64,000 nt of DNA, taken from Pecten maximus. Lineage: Eukaryota. The stretch is taken from NCBI RefSeq assembly GCF_902652985.1, contig NC_047028.1, positions 10,664,001-10,728,000 on the forward strand, read 5' to 3'. Made by a program: the position numbers and the translations under genes. The notes under the pieces were generated by a model, which saw only the letters and a list, made by a program, of their open reading frames with translations, searched no databases and was not told the DNA's origin. Below are positions 1 to 12,400 of the stretch, piece after piece (the first letter of the stretch is position 1; each line of letters starts with the position of its first letter).

Positions 1-883
1 TTACCCCTTATATTATCGTCCTATATAACAAAGTAGATTATCAATAAAAATACAACGTATTGATATCATTTAATCTACAAAATACATATTAACTCTGCAA
101 TCGGTACAAGTCACAGTAAGGAATTATTAATCATGTTAGACAATCTGCCGTAAATATTCCCGATAGTGATCTGGTTGGAGTCTACATAGCAATTGTATAG
201 AACATTGCCAACATTTTACAAACCAATGATAATTCATATTAGTGGGAGCATGTCTAATAGCATTTACACTTCAGAGTAAGTATTTGACACCAAAGTATGG
301 ACGGATGAACGGATGGATGAACGGACGGACGGGCGAACAATCAGATCTTGTGTGTAATTGTGTGTTTGAGGGTAAGAGTGTGAGAGGGTTTATGTGTGTG
401 TATTTTGCGTCTCCCACAAACGACAAATATATCCTGACAAAATAAATCACTTATATACTCTACAAATACATTGAGTGAATACTGAAACAGGTACATTGCA
501 ACCCATAATGGTGATTAGATTTGAAAACTTGAATATCACTATACAGTATTTCAATTTATGTTGTGGTTGTTAAGTCATTACCCGTCTCCAGATCATTTAA
601 ATGACATAACGAAGTATAATGGTACATGATGGGCGTATGCAAATGAGAGGTCCTGCATTAACAGTATAGCCATAAATCAAATAATAAATTATATTAATTT
701 ACGATAGAAGTATTTGTCTTAGACTGTGAGAACCACCATTTGCATAACTCCCCATAAGGGATAAGCAATAAATATTGACATACAGTACTAAATTCCACCG
801 ATGTCATATTCGACCTTTACCTATAAGTTTTCGCGCTATATTCAAATTACGCGAATACTGATTCCCAAGTGTCTCACCCCTTT

Positions 884-2107
884 TCATAAGAACATTTTAT
901 TTCTGATTCTATCACGTTTTCTATGCAACGCTAGTTGTGATTGGTTTAAAACCGTGTATGATTTGCCAGTATTCCACTCTCGTGTCAATAAAACACGCTC
1001 GTGAGTCACGGCTGTTACGATATTTCCCCTCCAAAATCGTGCATTTGTAAACAAACATGGCGGCGCCAAAACGTTTGAACGTCGGAGACCGTGTATTTTA
1101 CAACGGAGAAATTTGCCAGATTGTTAATTTCCATCAACCAAGAGCAGGCTTTGCTAAACAATATATTGTATGGTCAATTTCCACAGGCAACCTTTGGAGA
1201 GCATTTCTACATGAATTGCTGGCCGACATCCCCGAATGTATTGTACAGAAGCGTATCTTAAGACCTTTCATTTGTGTTATTCACCGATTAACAAATTACA
1301 ATTTTACAATTGTCAGTTTTGCTTCGGATATTACGTGTGTAGGCCTAGTTGAGCACTTTAGTATAGGCTAGATCGAATATGCATAGTAAAGCTATCGATC
1401 AGCTGATCAATCAGGCAGAGCAATGTGAATGGGAACTTAATCTCACGATCCAATAAACGCGACAAGCAGAGTGAACTTCAGATCAAATATAACACCGTTG
1501 TTAAGAAAAGTGGGGGAATTTCCAACTGCAGGAAAATCAACATACTTGTGATTCAAAATACGGTCGGTCTTGCTTGGAAGTCGATTCGTTTTGTCGTCTT
1601 GGCGGGAAGCTCCGTATCGTTGACTGGGCATTGATAACGTTAAAAACCAATAGGCCTAGATCTAGAGTAGACCACTCGTTTATCGAATCTCTCCGATTTT
1701 TATTTAACAAACCATGAACCTTTAATAGGACGTGTAAAGCCTCGATTACATTAAACGTGTTAGGAGATTAATTCGCACGTCTTTCTCGTTGTGTCTTTCA
1801 TGGTGAAAAGGCGGATTGAGAGTTTGCGGCTTGGGATTGACGTCAGCTTTTGAATATTCATTAGCACGCGCGCCTTGTCGTTTCTTGTGAATTGTAACAG
1901 CCATGTAGCGACACACGGTATATGGTAGAATAGAAGTAATAAACTTTGACTCGTGTATTGTTGCAGGATATACAACTCGGACTCGGATATTTTGCAATTT
2001 TAATTAATAACTCAGGCCGCATCGTTATTAATTTAATTGCAAAATATCCTCGTCCTCGTTGTATATCTGCAGCAATACACGAATCATCGTTAATTATTTC
2101 TTAAATA
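884..2107. mobile_element. Probable non-autonomous DNA element (Crypton-like architecture) with a subterminal ~140-bp hairpin; boundaries approximate
   Basis: Long inverted repeat 1948-2085 close to a TTAATTATTTCTTAAAT end; GATTGGTT motif near the other end; short ORF 1057-1371 starts in an AAACATGGCGGCG context. The family call rests on architecture recalled from invertebrate repeats, not on a transposase match. Confidence 0.4.
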
Positions 2108-2727
2108 TACAATCGATCAAAGTAGCGATGTGAGGGACATCGTAACGTAAGGTATCGTATAGTGTCATAACATCAAACGTGTGTAATATCTTATTAGCAT
2201 GCCCTCTATTTCTTTGATGATTTTTAGCACATCTAGTGTTACTTTCTATATACTTTTTCACTGTTTGCCAATTCCGTTAACAGCAATATCTTTACTAGGG
2301 ACTATGATGGTTCATTTCTGTCGAATAGATTGTGACGAAACTTCTCTTTGTCATTTAAATGCAATGCCATACATTATCGTTGTGGTTTTTGGAAGTGAAG
2401 GCATCGTCGTTATGTGAATTCCTATACGTTCACGGTTTTGATAACTTGTCACTGCATGATATCTTTATTATACGAAACAATTATATGTATATAGTTCAAA
2501 TGTTTGCGTTAGATGTTAACAGTCGATTAGAAAAAAAACAAACAAATATCAATATAGAATCTACAGAGATCTAAGATCGTCCTATCTGTAACGCAGCTTT
2601 ACCTGGCAGTAAACGCTCTCTGTCGTGTTCAGATTCAACTTTACACAAGTTCCGTGAGATAGTAAATGACAGGTCACTAATTTTTTAATATATGTATGTT
2701 AGGTTATGATCATACTGAAGTACTTAC

Positions 2728-4731
2728 AATGCCCATTGGTGTCCCTCTAGATATGATGTAAATGTGTCCGAGAGGATGTCATAATCAGCCTTCTGAGTAG
2801 CAGTGAAATTTGTGATTGACACTGCCTTCAATCTTGTACTAAATTCTTCTACCTTGCTCTGAACAGAAATGGTATTTATTATTTAGATATCTGGTTCAAT
2901 GATATATCAATGATGATACAGAATGTCTAAAAATGTCCTTGTCCTTTTACAAGGTTAATCAATTTCGCAACAGCCAGGGTCATAGTATTACTTGTTTTAA
3001 GAGGGAACAATTTTGGTCTCTCGTATGTCCTTTAAAATGGTCATTGCATACATGAAAAATTCATGTTCGAAAAGTCCTGATACGGAAAGTGTTTACTGTG
3101 ACTCTGCAATGTCTTCTTAACAGGAGAAGACATAGATCTAGAGCACTCCCGATCATACAGGCCTCCAGGTTGCCTTTTTACGGCAAGGAGTGAGATGTAG
3201 CAGGTATTTCATCTCCTCTGTTCATACGCGAGTTATGTGTACAAAAACAGATAACTGAAACACGCGTAAGTATAAATAAAACACATTAAATGCAAAAGTA
3301 AGACACATACGTAATGGAAAGAAAACCACGAAATAAGATTATATATTAATCATTATCAGTTTCATAATTTAGACACAATGCAAAACATGTAACTAACTCG
3401 TTAAATAAGTTTAAGCTAACAGGAGAAATGGAAAAGTAGCAAAAAATGGCATCACCATTGATGGTTGAAATACTAAACAAACCACTAAAAGAATCAAGCA
3501 AAACAGAAATATTAACAAGAAGTTAAGAAACATGGCAAAGACAACAAGACACCTGTACAAGAAAACATCAGGAATAGAGGAAATATAGACAAACAACAAC
3601 GGGAACTTCAGAAACATGTACAAGAAAACATCAGGAATAGAGGAAATATAGACAAACAACAACGGGAACTTAGACTGAGAAAGGGAAGTCAAAAACACGT
3701 CTGAAACAGGTAACTGCGAGGAAAAGAGACTTAATATAAATAGGAAAACAACCGATAACTCCCCACCACAAACCTAGAAAATAATCACTGAAATATATCG
3801 GTACCCGTACGATAGAAATACATACCTTCCTGGTGTCAAAAATCGACATATTGTATGATCGTAGTCGGTCGTTGTAGGCGTAATATCCTAAGAAGGTTGC
3901 GTATTCAGGGGAGTCTGCAATTCTCCATGCCCAAAATTCTTTCTCTAGACTGGTCACGTTGCTATATTGACCTGAAATCACGTGACCATTACAACAATAT
4001 CTACATAAAGCAAAGATTAAATAATATTCTCGTATTGCAGCGTATTATTCTGATATCATAATTATCATGTTTACTTATATATACTTATTCCATGGGTCAC
4101 TTTTTGGGTTGAGATTGAATATATTTTAACGAGTGGTTTCCTCATTATGCATGTCAGGGTAAAGTGTTGAATAGTAATCTCATACCATATATGTTTCCAA
4201 AAGAGTCAATTTGTTTAATTGATTTAAAACAATTATGAAAAATCGTACTGAATGTATGTAACAAATAAGAAATACACTTGAAATCAAATTGCATTATATA
4301 ACTGTTTTGTCCGTTTACGACTCGTCAGTGACGCTGAGGATCCAAAGTGGTTTTAGGAGGCGACTAAACTCGAAACTGATCAAACGAAATATCAAAATCT
4401 TGATTGGAGATACAAAAGACCCCTAATTTCAGTAAATCAACATACGTTACGGTATTGGATTTCTAACGAATGTCAAGTGTAGATGTATTAATTAAAATGT
4501 GATGAGCATGTTACTCAAGATAAACATCTGGCACTGAAAAGTCCCCCAGCAGTGTCTACCACCTGCGATATCAAATGATGAATGTTGTAAAATACTGCAA
4601 GTGCTGAAAATCGCCAGGACGACCTCGGTATAGCTTTAGCAGTCATTGTACAAAGAGATAAGATTCATCAAGGTACCTGTCACAGTTGTCGCTAAAGTGA
4701 CGAGACCGACAAACCCAGGTAAGATGAACAT
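2728..4731 (-). CDS. DUF885-like secreted protein, N-terminal three coding exons (remaining exons not found, probably left of the window)
   Basis: In-phase GT-AG exons 4731-4677 (MFILPGFVGLVTLATTVT, signal peptide), 3971-3826 (GQYSNVTSLEKEFWAWRIADSPEYATFLGYYAYNDRLRSYNMSIFDTRK) and 2858-2728 (SKVEEFSTRLKAVSITNFTATQKADYDILSDTFTSYLEGHQWA). The SPEYATFLG..YNDRL motif resembles the DUF885 N-terminus. Likely 5'UTR exon at 5220-5165 and a further donor near 6949. Confidence 0.7.
3556..3670. repeat. Intronic tandem duplication, 63-bp period
   Basis: TACAAGAAAACATCAGGAATAGAGGAAATATAGACAAACAACAACGGGAACTT occurs twice, 63 bp apart. Confidence 0.9.
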
Positions 4732-5234
4732 CTGTAGGTATAGAAACACATAATAAATACGATATACCCAATTAAACACACCCGTAATTTTGTTTTCAAT
4801 TTCAACTGACGAAAAACTAATAATACAAATCATTCTGTACGGAAATCAAATACTTGTCACAACAAGATGAATTTTAATTAATGTTCATTTTATTCTAATT
4901 ATCTATTTTTATTATGATTTCTTTTCATGTATTTTTATTTTTATTTAATCTGATTTTTTAATATCTAGTTATATTAATTTATTCATTATCATTATTGATG
5001 TTTTTATTGTTTTATTTATTTTTGTTTTGTTTTTTGTATTTGGTAAAGTGAATAACAGTTTATACTGATAGTTCGTAATTGTATCAATATGCTATAACGA
5101 TAAAAATAAAATAACCGAAGAACACAACATATCTTATGTAAAGGTAAATCTGCTATAACTTAACCTTTCAGTCAGTCATCATTCTTGACTTATTCTCCAC
5201 TGTATGTCACTGGATGATCCCTGAAACAACTCCT

Positions 5235-6640
5235 CTACCAAATTGATCTACTACCGAATAGATCCACTACCGATTTAATCCACTTCCAAATTAATCCACT
5301 ACCGAATTAATCCACTACAGAATTGATCCACTACAGAATTGATCTACTACCGAATTAATCCACTACAGAATTGATCCACTACAGAATTGATCCACTACCA
5401 AATTGATCCACTACAGAATTGATCCACTACCAAATTGATCCACTACCAAATTAATCCATTACCAAATTGATCCATTACCGAATTAATCCACTACATAATT
5501 GATCCACTACAGAATTGATCGACTACCGAATTAATCCACTTCCAAATTGATCCACTACCGAATTGATCGACTACCGAATTGATCCACTTCCAAATTGATC
5601 CACTTCCAAATTGATCAACTTCCAAATTGATCCACTACCGAATTGATCCACTACCGAATTAATCAACTTCCAAATTGATCCACTACCGAATTGATCCACT
5701 ACCAAATTGATCCACTTCCAAATTGATCCACTACCGAATTGATTCACTACCGAATTGATCCACTACCAAATTGATCCACTACCTAATTGATCCACTTCCA
5801 AATTGATCCACTGCCGAATTGATCCACTACAGAATTGATCCACTACCAAATTGATCCACTACCTAATTGATCCACTTCTAAATTGATCCACTACAGAATT
5901 GATCTACTAACAAATTGATTCACTACAGAATTGATCATCTACCAAATTGATGCAATACCAAATTGATCCACTACAAAATTGATCTACTACAGAATTGATC
6001 CACTACCAAATTGATCCACTACCGAATTAATCCACTACCAAATTGATCATTTACCAAATTGATCCACTACCGAATTGATCCACTTCCAAATTGATCATCT
6101 ATCAAATTGATCCACTACCGAATTGATCCACTTCCAAATTGATCCACTACCGAATTGATCCACTACAGAATTGATCCACTACCGAATTAATCCACTTCCA
6201 AATTGATCCACTACCGAATTGATCCACTACCGAATTGATCCACTACCGAATTGATCCACTACCAAATTGATCCACTACCGAATTGATCCACTACCGAATT
6301 AATCCACTACAGAATTGATCCACTACCAAATTGATCCACTACCAAATAAATCCACTCTCAAATTGATCCACTTCCAGTTTGATCCACTACAGAATTGATC
6401 CACTACCAAATTGATCCACTACAGAATTGATCCACTACCAAATTGATCGACTACCAAATTAATCCACTTCCAAATTGATCCACTTCCAAATTGATCCACT
6501 ACAGAATTGATCCACTACCAAATTGATCCACTACCAAATTGATCCACTACAGAATTAATCCACTACATAATTGATCCACTACAGAATTGATCCACTTCCA
6601 AATTGATCCACTACCGAATTGATCCACTTCCAAATTGATC
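5235..6640. repeat. 16-bp minisatellite, about 88 copies, intronic
   Basis: Unit AATTGATCCACT(A/T)C(C/A)(G/A); successive units start at 6201, 6217 and 6233. Confidence 0.97.
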
Positions 6641-7276
6641 AATTTCATAACGCTTTCATTGTGAATTCAAACAAAATAATATTTTCTAATACTCTGTCAA
6701 CCACTATCAAAACTTATTATACAAAACATTTGTACACACTAGTAAACTTCATCATTCCCTGTACAAAGCCTTTGTAAATGAGAAAAAAGCGAATATGTAC
6801 ATTACCTTCGATAGATATGGTACATCACATTCAGACTCCACACTAGCAGACTGACTAGATAGGAGAGTTGTCAATGTACACCACCACATCGAAAAAAAAG
6901 TATACAAATTACCGTTATAAAACAAAAATAGGTATACCTTACACTTACCAGGTACTGATAAACCATGGTCAATAATCATAAAATGAGAACAATAAATGCA
7001 CGCTATCAGGTATCACTATCAATTAAAATGTCTGACAATAAATTTGCCATTAAGTAAGTAGATGGTACCTTGGCACAGTGTATAAGTTTACTCGACAAGC
7101 AAGAGCCGCGGCGAGATGTGTGTAAATGTTTGTTTTATATAATTATAAGTGGCCTACCTGATCAGTGTTACCAATTTCCTTACTTTAAGTCTAATATTAA
7201 GACTGTGAGGAGCCCTTCAGTGTGGCACGTACATAGTGTTGAATACGGTCTCTGTCACTAATTTGATGGAGCATGC

Positions 7277-7560
7277 TTCCTTGCCTAAGGAGTAGAGTCG
7301 TGGATTGTCACGCCGGAGACCTGGGTTCGATTCCTGTCGAGGCGCTCAATGTCTCATGTCGCTAGTTCGAGTCCAGCGCGGGCACATTACTCCTTCATCT
7401 ACGGATTTGGTGTCGTTGACCACTCCAGGTGAAAGTTATTGGGGAATGAGACACTCCCTTGGAGCTTTAGAATATGGGCCGTGGTTGTCCTCAGGGCGAA
7501 GACATTGTGAGGGGGGAGGGGGACCACTTACATGTAGCATAAAAGTGGAGAGTATAGGTC
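7277..7560 (+). mobile_element. tRNA-derived SINE (tRNA-Asp-like head)
   Basis: A-box-like segment, then GATTGTCACGCCGGAGACCTGGGTTCGATTCC (GTC anticodon-like loop plus B box), followed by a GC-richer body instead of a tRNA acceptor end. Confidence 0.6.
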
Positions 7561-7658
7561 ATCTTAATATACCTCAAGATAGCGGGAATTTCCCTTCGGT
7601 CTAGTGGTAGGATGTTTGCCTTAAGAGCGAGAGGTCATATGCATTTCAGCGCTATTGA

Positions 7659-7940
7659 GTGCCGTTTTAGTATATATTTATCTTAAAAATGTGATTTCAT
7701 TAGTTTGAATTATTGATTATTTGAGTATTTTATCGATATCAATAATTCGAATTAATGATTTCATTAATTCCCCATTTTTTAAACTACCCCCTAAGAATGT
7801 CCGAAACGACGGTTCTCGTGGAATGTGGCAATTTTCAAATGATCGGTAAATTAATTCGATTTAGTGATTTCATTAATTCATCAAGTGATATAAATCGAAT
7901 TAGTGATATCTCATTTTGCAGATTAATACTTAAACGGCAC
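7659..7940. mobile_element. MITE-like element
   Basis: Terminal inverted repeats GTGCCGTTTTAGTAT ... ATACTTAAACGGCAC with internal repeats of TCGAATTAGTGAT-like motifs. Confidence 0.55.
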
Positions 7941-9369
7941 CAGATACAGACTGGCAGGTTATTTTTCATTATTCCTTCCTACTACACGTTACTATTTCTG
8001 TTCAAGGAGTTACAAGTTCGTGTGAAGTTACAATGTAGGACGAGTCAACAATTTATCTTTTGTTGACATTTGGTTGTCTCCCCTTTTCGAGGTAACTACC
8101 GTTAGTGATCATCTTTTTAATTTCAAGGCTCATTCTTGAATCTTATTGTTGGTTTAAAGTTTCTTTTATTCAGGAATTTCAAAACATATATAGTTACAAA
8201 ATTGAATGTACAGAATAGGAAATAGAAACAAGTGTCTCAGACACTTATGTAAATCTATCACCTTATAAATCATAAACAGCAAATATATTGAGGATGGACA
8301 ACATATTATTGGCCATATAAGACCATATAATAACAATGAATAACAAAATGTTTAAGCAAGGAGAAGAAAAGGAAAAGGGTAAATACTTGGTGTAGATTTT
8401 AAGTTGTTGATACAGACAACTTGACTTTAAGTACAAAAACATGCTTATTGTTGGCCGTGTAGGTAAGAGAAATTCGCGTACTAGAATCTAGTTATGCTAA
8501 CGTAATACTTAAGTTTACATAATTACATGTTATTACAAGTGTATTTTTTCAAACAAAACTTAAATTTATGATTGTTATACTTGCAATAACTTTATCGAGC
8601 CCCACATACATCTTTTTTACGATACAACTTCGTTAAATTTTCGTTCGGTGGAAACTGCGTGATTCGTATCTTCGTATTTGACTTTCTTCACGTGATTACT
8701 AGCGAAGGTAGACGGGGTTATTTGAAATCCTCAGCTAATAAGGATACAATTATTAGTGTGGGCATTGGATATGAATACTAAAATAAGGCCGGGAAATAAA
8801 ACATCATGAGAACGGATTTAATAATATATTTGTATAAACAACCAATTTCCCTACGACTGTATACACTCAATATATATATTAGAACACCATAGCAATTGTT
8901 TTTATTGACAAACATTAGGCCTACCAGCTGACTTAAAACATATGATGTTAGTATATCATTAGAATCTAGTTGATTAAACTTTACATGTGTTTGGCTACGG
9001 GGAATATTCATCACACAATTGCATTTTATTATTCTTATTTTTTATGAAGTCTTGTAAGTTCTTGGCAAAACAGAATTTTTAATACTTTGTCGTAGATAAG
9101 AGTGTGAACATCCGGTAGTCTATTTTATTTATTTGTTTATTTTCACGTAGATCTAAATTATTGATTTAGATGTATTTATCAATTATTATTTTCTCAATTA
9201 CGACGACCGAGACAACATACATGTATGATATATTTTTGTGCGTCATGATAGATTAGTCCTATCTATTGGCTTGTACCTATATTTTTTTGATAGAATAATC
9301 CCCGCTGACCTGACAACCAAAGCCTATCTTCATATTGATTAGAGTTACCTCCCCTCTACCAAGTTGGCG

Positions 9370-9380
9370 TTTGGCGGGAA
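9370..9380 (+). promoter_or_regulatory. E2F-type site in the promoter of the coiled-coil gene
   Basis: TTTGGCGGGAA (reverse complement TTCCCGCCAAA) about 45 bp upstream of ATG 9423; inverted CCAAT (ATTGG) near 9265. Confidence 0.55.
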
Positions 9381-9422
9381 TACAAATCAAGATATAAACA
9401 AACAGACGTGGTGAAGATAGAA

Positions 9423-12400
9423 ATGCTACGACAAAGCCTAAATGAAGTACAGCATGGTAGTTTTATACTCAGATTTTCAATTTATGTCGAAAATGAGCCG
9501 ATTGCAATCATCTAAATCCGACTTGCAGCTTAGATTTAGGGTACGACTTGCATCCATTCCTGGGGAACCAGTTTTGACGCATCTTGCAAATTGCTAATAA
9601 CAGGCAGCACATACTCGGAATAACAGTTTCTCCAAATGAAAGCATGATCTTCTGAAGCAATTCTGCCAATATGATAGAGTATCTCATTTTCTATCAGATA
9701 ACTTTTGAATTTTCGTCTATTCGCGACTTGTATTTGTCAGATAAACATACAATTTTGTCGTCTATTGTAAATGGGCCTAAAAACAGATTTCAGTTACTAT
9801 TGTCGTCATCGTCATTTTGACATCGTAGTCATATGATAACTGAATTTAAACTTGAAACTCTTTTCAGAAAGAAGCTGCCTAGAGAACAAGCTTCATGAAC
9901 AGCGAGCCAAGAGAAGAGGATTGGAGCAGGAACTGGAAAAAAGTGAACATATTTGTCATCAATTTAATACCGCTGTGATAGTGTTTATTATCAAGAAATT
10001 GCCTGAATTAAAATTAATTGTGTATGTAAACAAAAATTAAGCCTGAGGTAGCCAAATACTCTTTATATTGTCTCGTGAATTTGATCATTTAACTGTGTGC
10101 TTGGAGTTTATTTTTCATTTAAAGATTTTCATGAGATTATTCCTCTATTATCAATTTCTCCAGACTAATTTTCCTTATGCTCTAAAGCTATTTCTATTAA
10201 ACTTCTGTTTTTGGCACACATGACCAGTGACATTTCCTAGGATAGTGTTGTTGTGCCCTTCCATTTTTTTTTCTTTTGGAGGTTTTTGCCATTTTGTTTT
10301 TTTCTGTGTTTTTTTTTTCAGAAGTTTTAATCTATAGACACTATTGGGAATTTTTATTTTCTTTTGTGGAAAAATAAGGCTAAAATACATCGGCCCATCT
10401 GGAATGAGTCTTTTTGTGCTTCCAGTAAGTTATATTGGTTAAAAAAACACTGTTGTTTGTATTAATTATTCATGATGCTGAAAGTATGAACCATCCTGTG
10501 CTGTTGAAGTTGAAACTCTGGATGATCTGTGCCTTAAAATTATGTTGTTCATTGATGATCCTTGTTCTTTTATTCAGACAGCACATCTTGCATGAGTTTT
10601 CGTATTTTTTGTATTTTTTTTTAAATCGGCTAGATAATATATTTTAAAGTTATTTTATCCAAACCATGCCTTTCGAATGAAAAATTATGTTTACGACTTT
10701 AAGCAGGTCTAGAGCTATACTCAAAAAAGATATGCAAAGTTGGTAAATTCTGTTGCTGTCTTCTTTTCAGCCAAGGTCAAATTAGCACAAATGAAAGATC
10801 TACACACTAAAAGGACAGGTAATTTTACAAATTAGAGATGAAAATGTTTAAATTACTCAATATTAGAGATAGAAATTACCCAGTACTGTAATTTGAAGAA
10901 ACAAAAAATTGAAAATATTAAAAACAAAAAACATTTATGTCCAATTATTTCATTTTGAAATATCCAATAATGATATGTATGTAGTTGATTTTAATGATTT
11001 TACATGAGAAACCAGATTGTACATAAGAAAACAATCAATCTGATCTTCATATTGTATGTACTTACCAGTTGTCATTTGATTTTTTATCAATGGTCAAAAT
11101 TTTCTTTCATGTATCAATAGCTGAGGTCATTAAGCCTGACTTTATAAAGGTATCTTAATCTAGATATATCATACACATGCATTACTTTTAACTGTAAACA
11201 GCTAGACAGAACTTTTTTTAACAAATTTATATTCTATTTTAGAAATTTCAAAGGTTCTCCATCATAAAGTTGGCCAGTTCCAGACATTAGCTAACAGGTA
11301 GGTGTAAAAACATGCTGTGTTTTAAAGAAATATATACATTCCATGTTATTGTAAGTAATATCATAAAATACTAGTAATGACCTCCTTCTGAAATTAGTAT
11401 ATGTACTGACTTTTATTGCTCTTAAGCTTATAATCAAATGCTTATCTGTTTGAATATTATCCATGATTTTGGTCACAGAGATTAATGGCAAAATTCGCAA
11501 CCAAAGGTCTGTATACAATGTATATTTATTAAGTATCAAGCATAAAGGCTGTATTTATCTTTGATTATTACATAGCTACCCACTAATGACTGGCTTCATA
11601 TTCCATCGTACAGAGATTATATTTAACTTAGCCTAATCCAGCTAGTTTTTAGAGATAGGCAGAAATTGCCCAATACTTGTAATATGTAAACACCATGAGA
11701 GATAATTTTCATATGTTATATTCTACAATCAAGATGCATGTAGTACATTATTTTCAGATCTTAAATTCATTTTGATGTGATATTGATATAATGTTTCAGT
11801 ATCACTTTTCCACATGATTCATAACTTCGTTATAACAATAACATAAGTCTCTTGTATGTGAAGAAAAGCAAAAAAAAGAAACAGAAAATAGTACAGCTGT
11901 AGACTAGCGTGGTGCTGAAGCTATCAAAACCATGATGGTGCCTAACAGGAAATCTAGTTCTCAAAAAGAATTTTTCTCTCTCAGTATTGAAGAAGAAAAT
12001 CAAACTAGACGAAAAACCATTGCGGAGAAAAATGGACAAATAGCATCTCTGAAGGAGAATCAGTTAGAGGAGATGTGAGTTTATGATATTCATAAAGTGT
12101 AGTAAAGTGAACATTAACAATGTGTCATATCAATTACCCAATTAAAATTGTTTATCTTCACTGTTCAGTACAGTGTTATTATACTTCTTCATAATTAAAT
12201 ACATTTTTTTGTAGTATCAGTGTGTATCTTCAGTATAAACTAATGCATTGTTGGTGTTAATTAATCAAATCTAAATGATTAAAATCTGTTATATGGAGTC
12301 GGAGACCTAGTATATAGGTCTCTGTATGGAGTACATTGTACTTCTGTATTATAATGATAAATGCAATTATGTAAGCATACTATTCATAATACATGCACAT

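Noticed and set aside
5235-6640. CRISPR array
   Set aside because: Head-to-tail 16-bp units with no unique spacers, no cas genes, and a eukaryotic intronic context.
7277-7350. Functional tRNA-Asp gene (likewise 41509-41582)
   Set aside because: Stems are imperfect and the sequences run into repeat bodies; better explained as SINE heads or pseudo-tRNAs.
11479-11506. Additional exon of the coiled-coil gene
   Set aside because: It introduces an immediate in-frame TAA; exon 4 splices cleanly to 11985.
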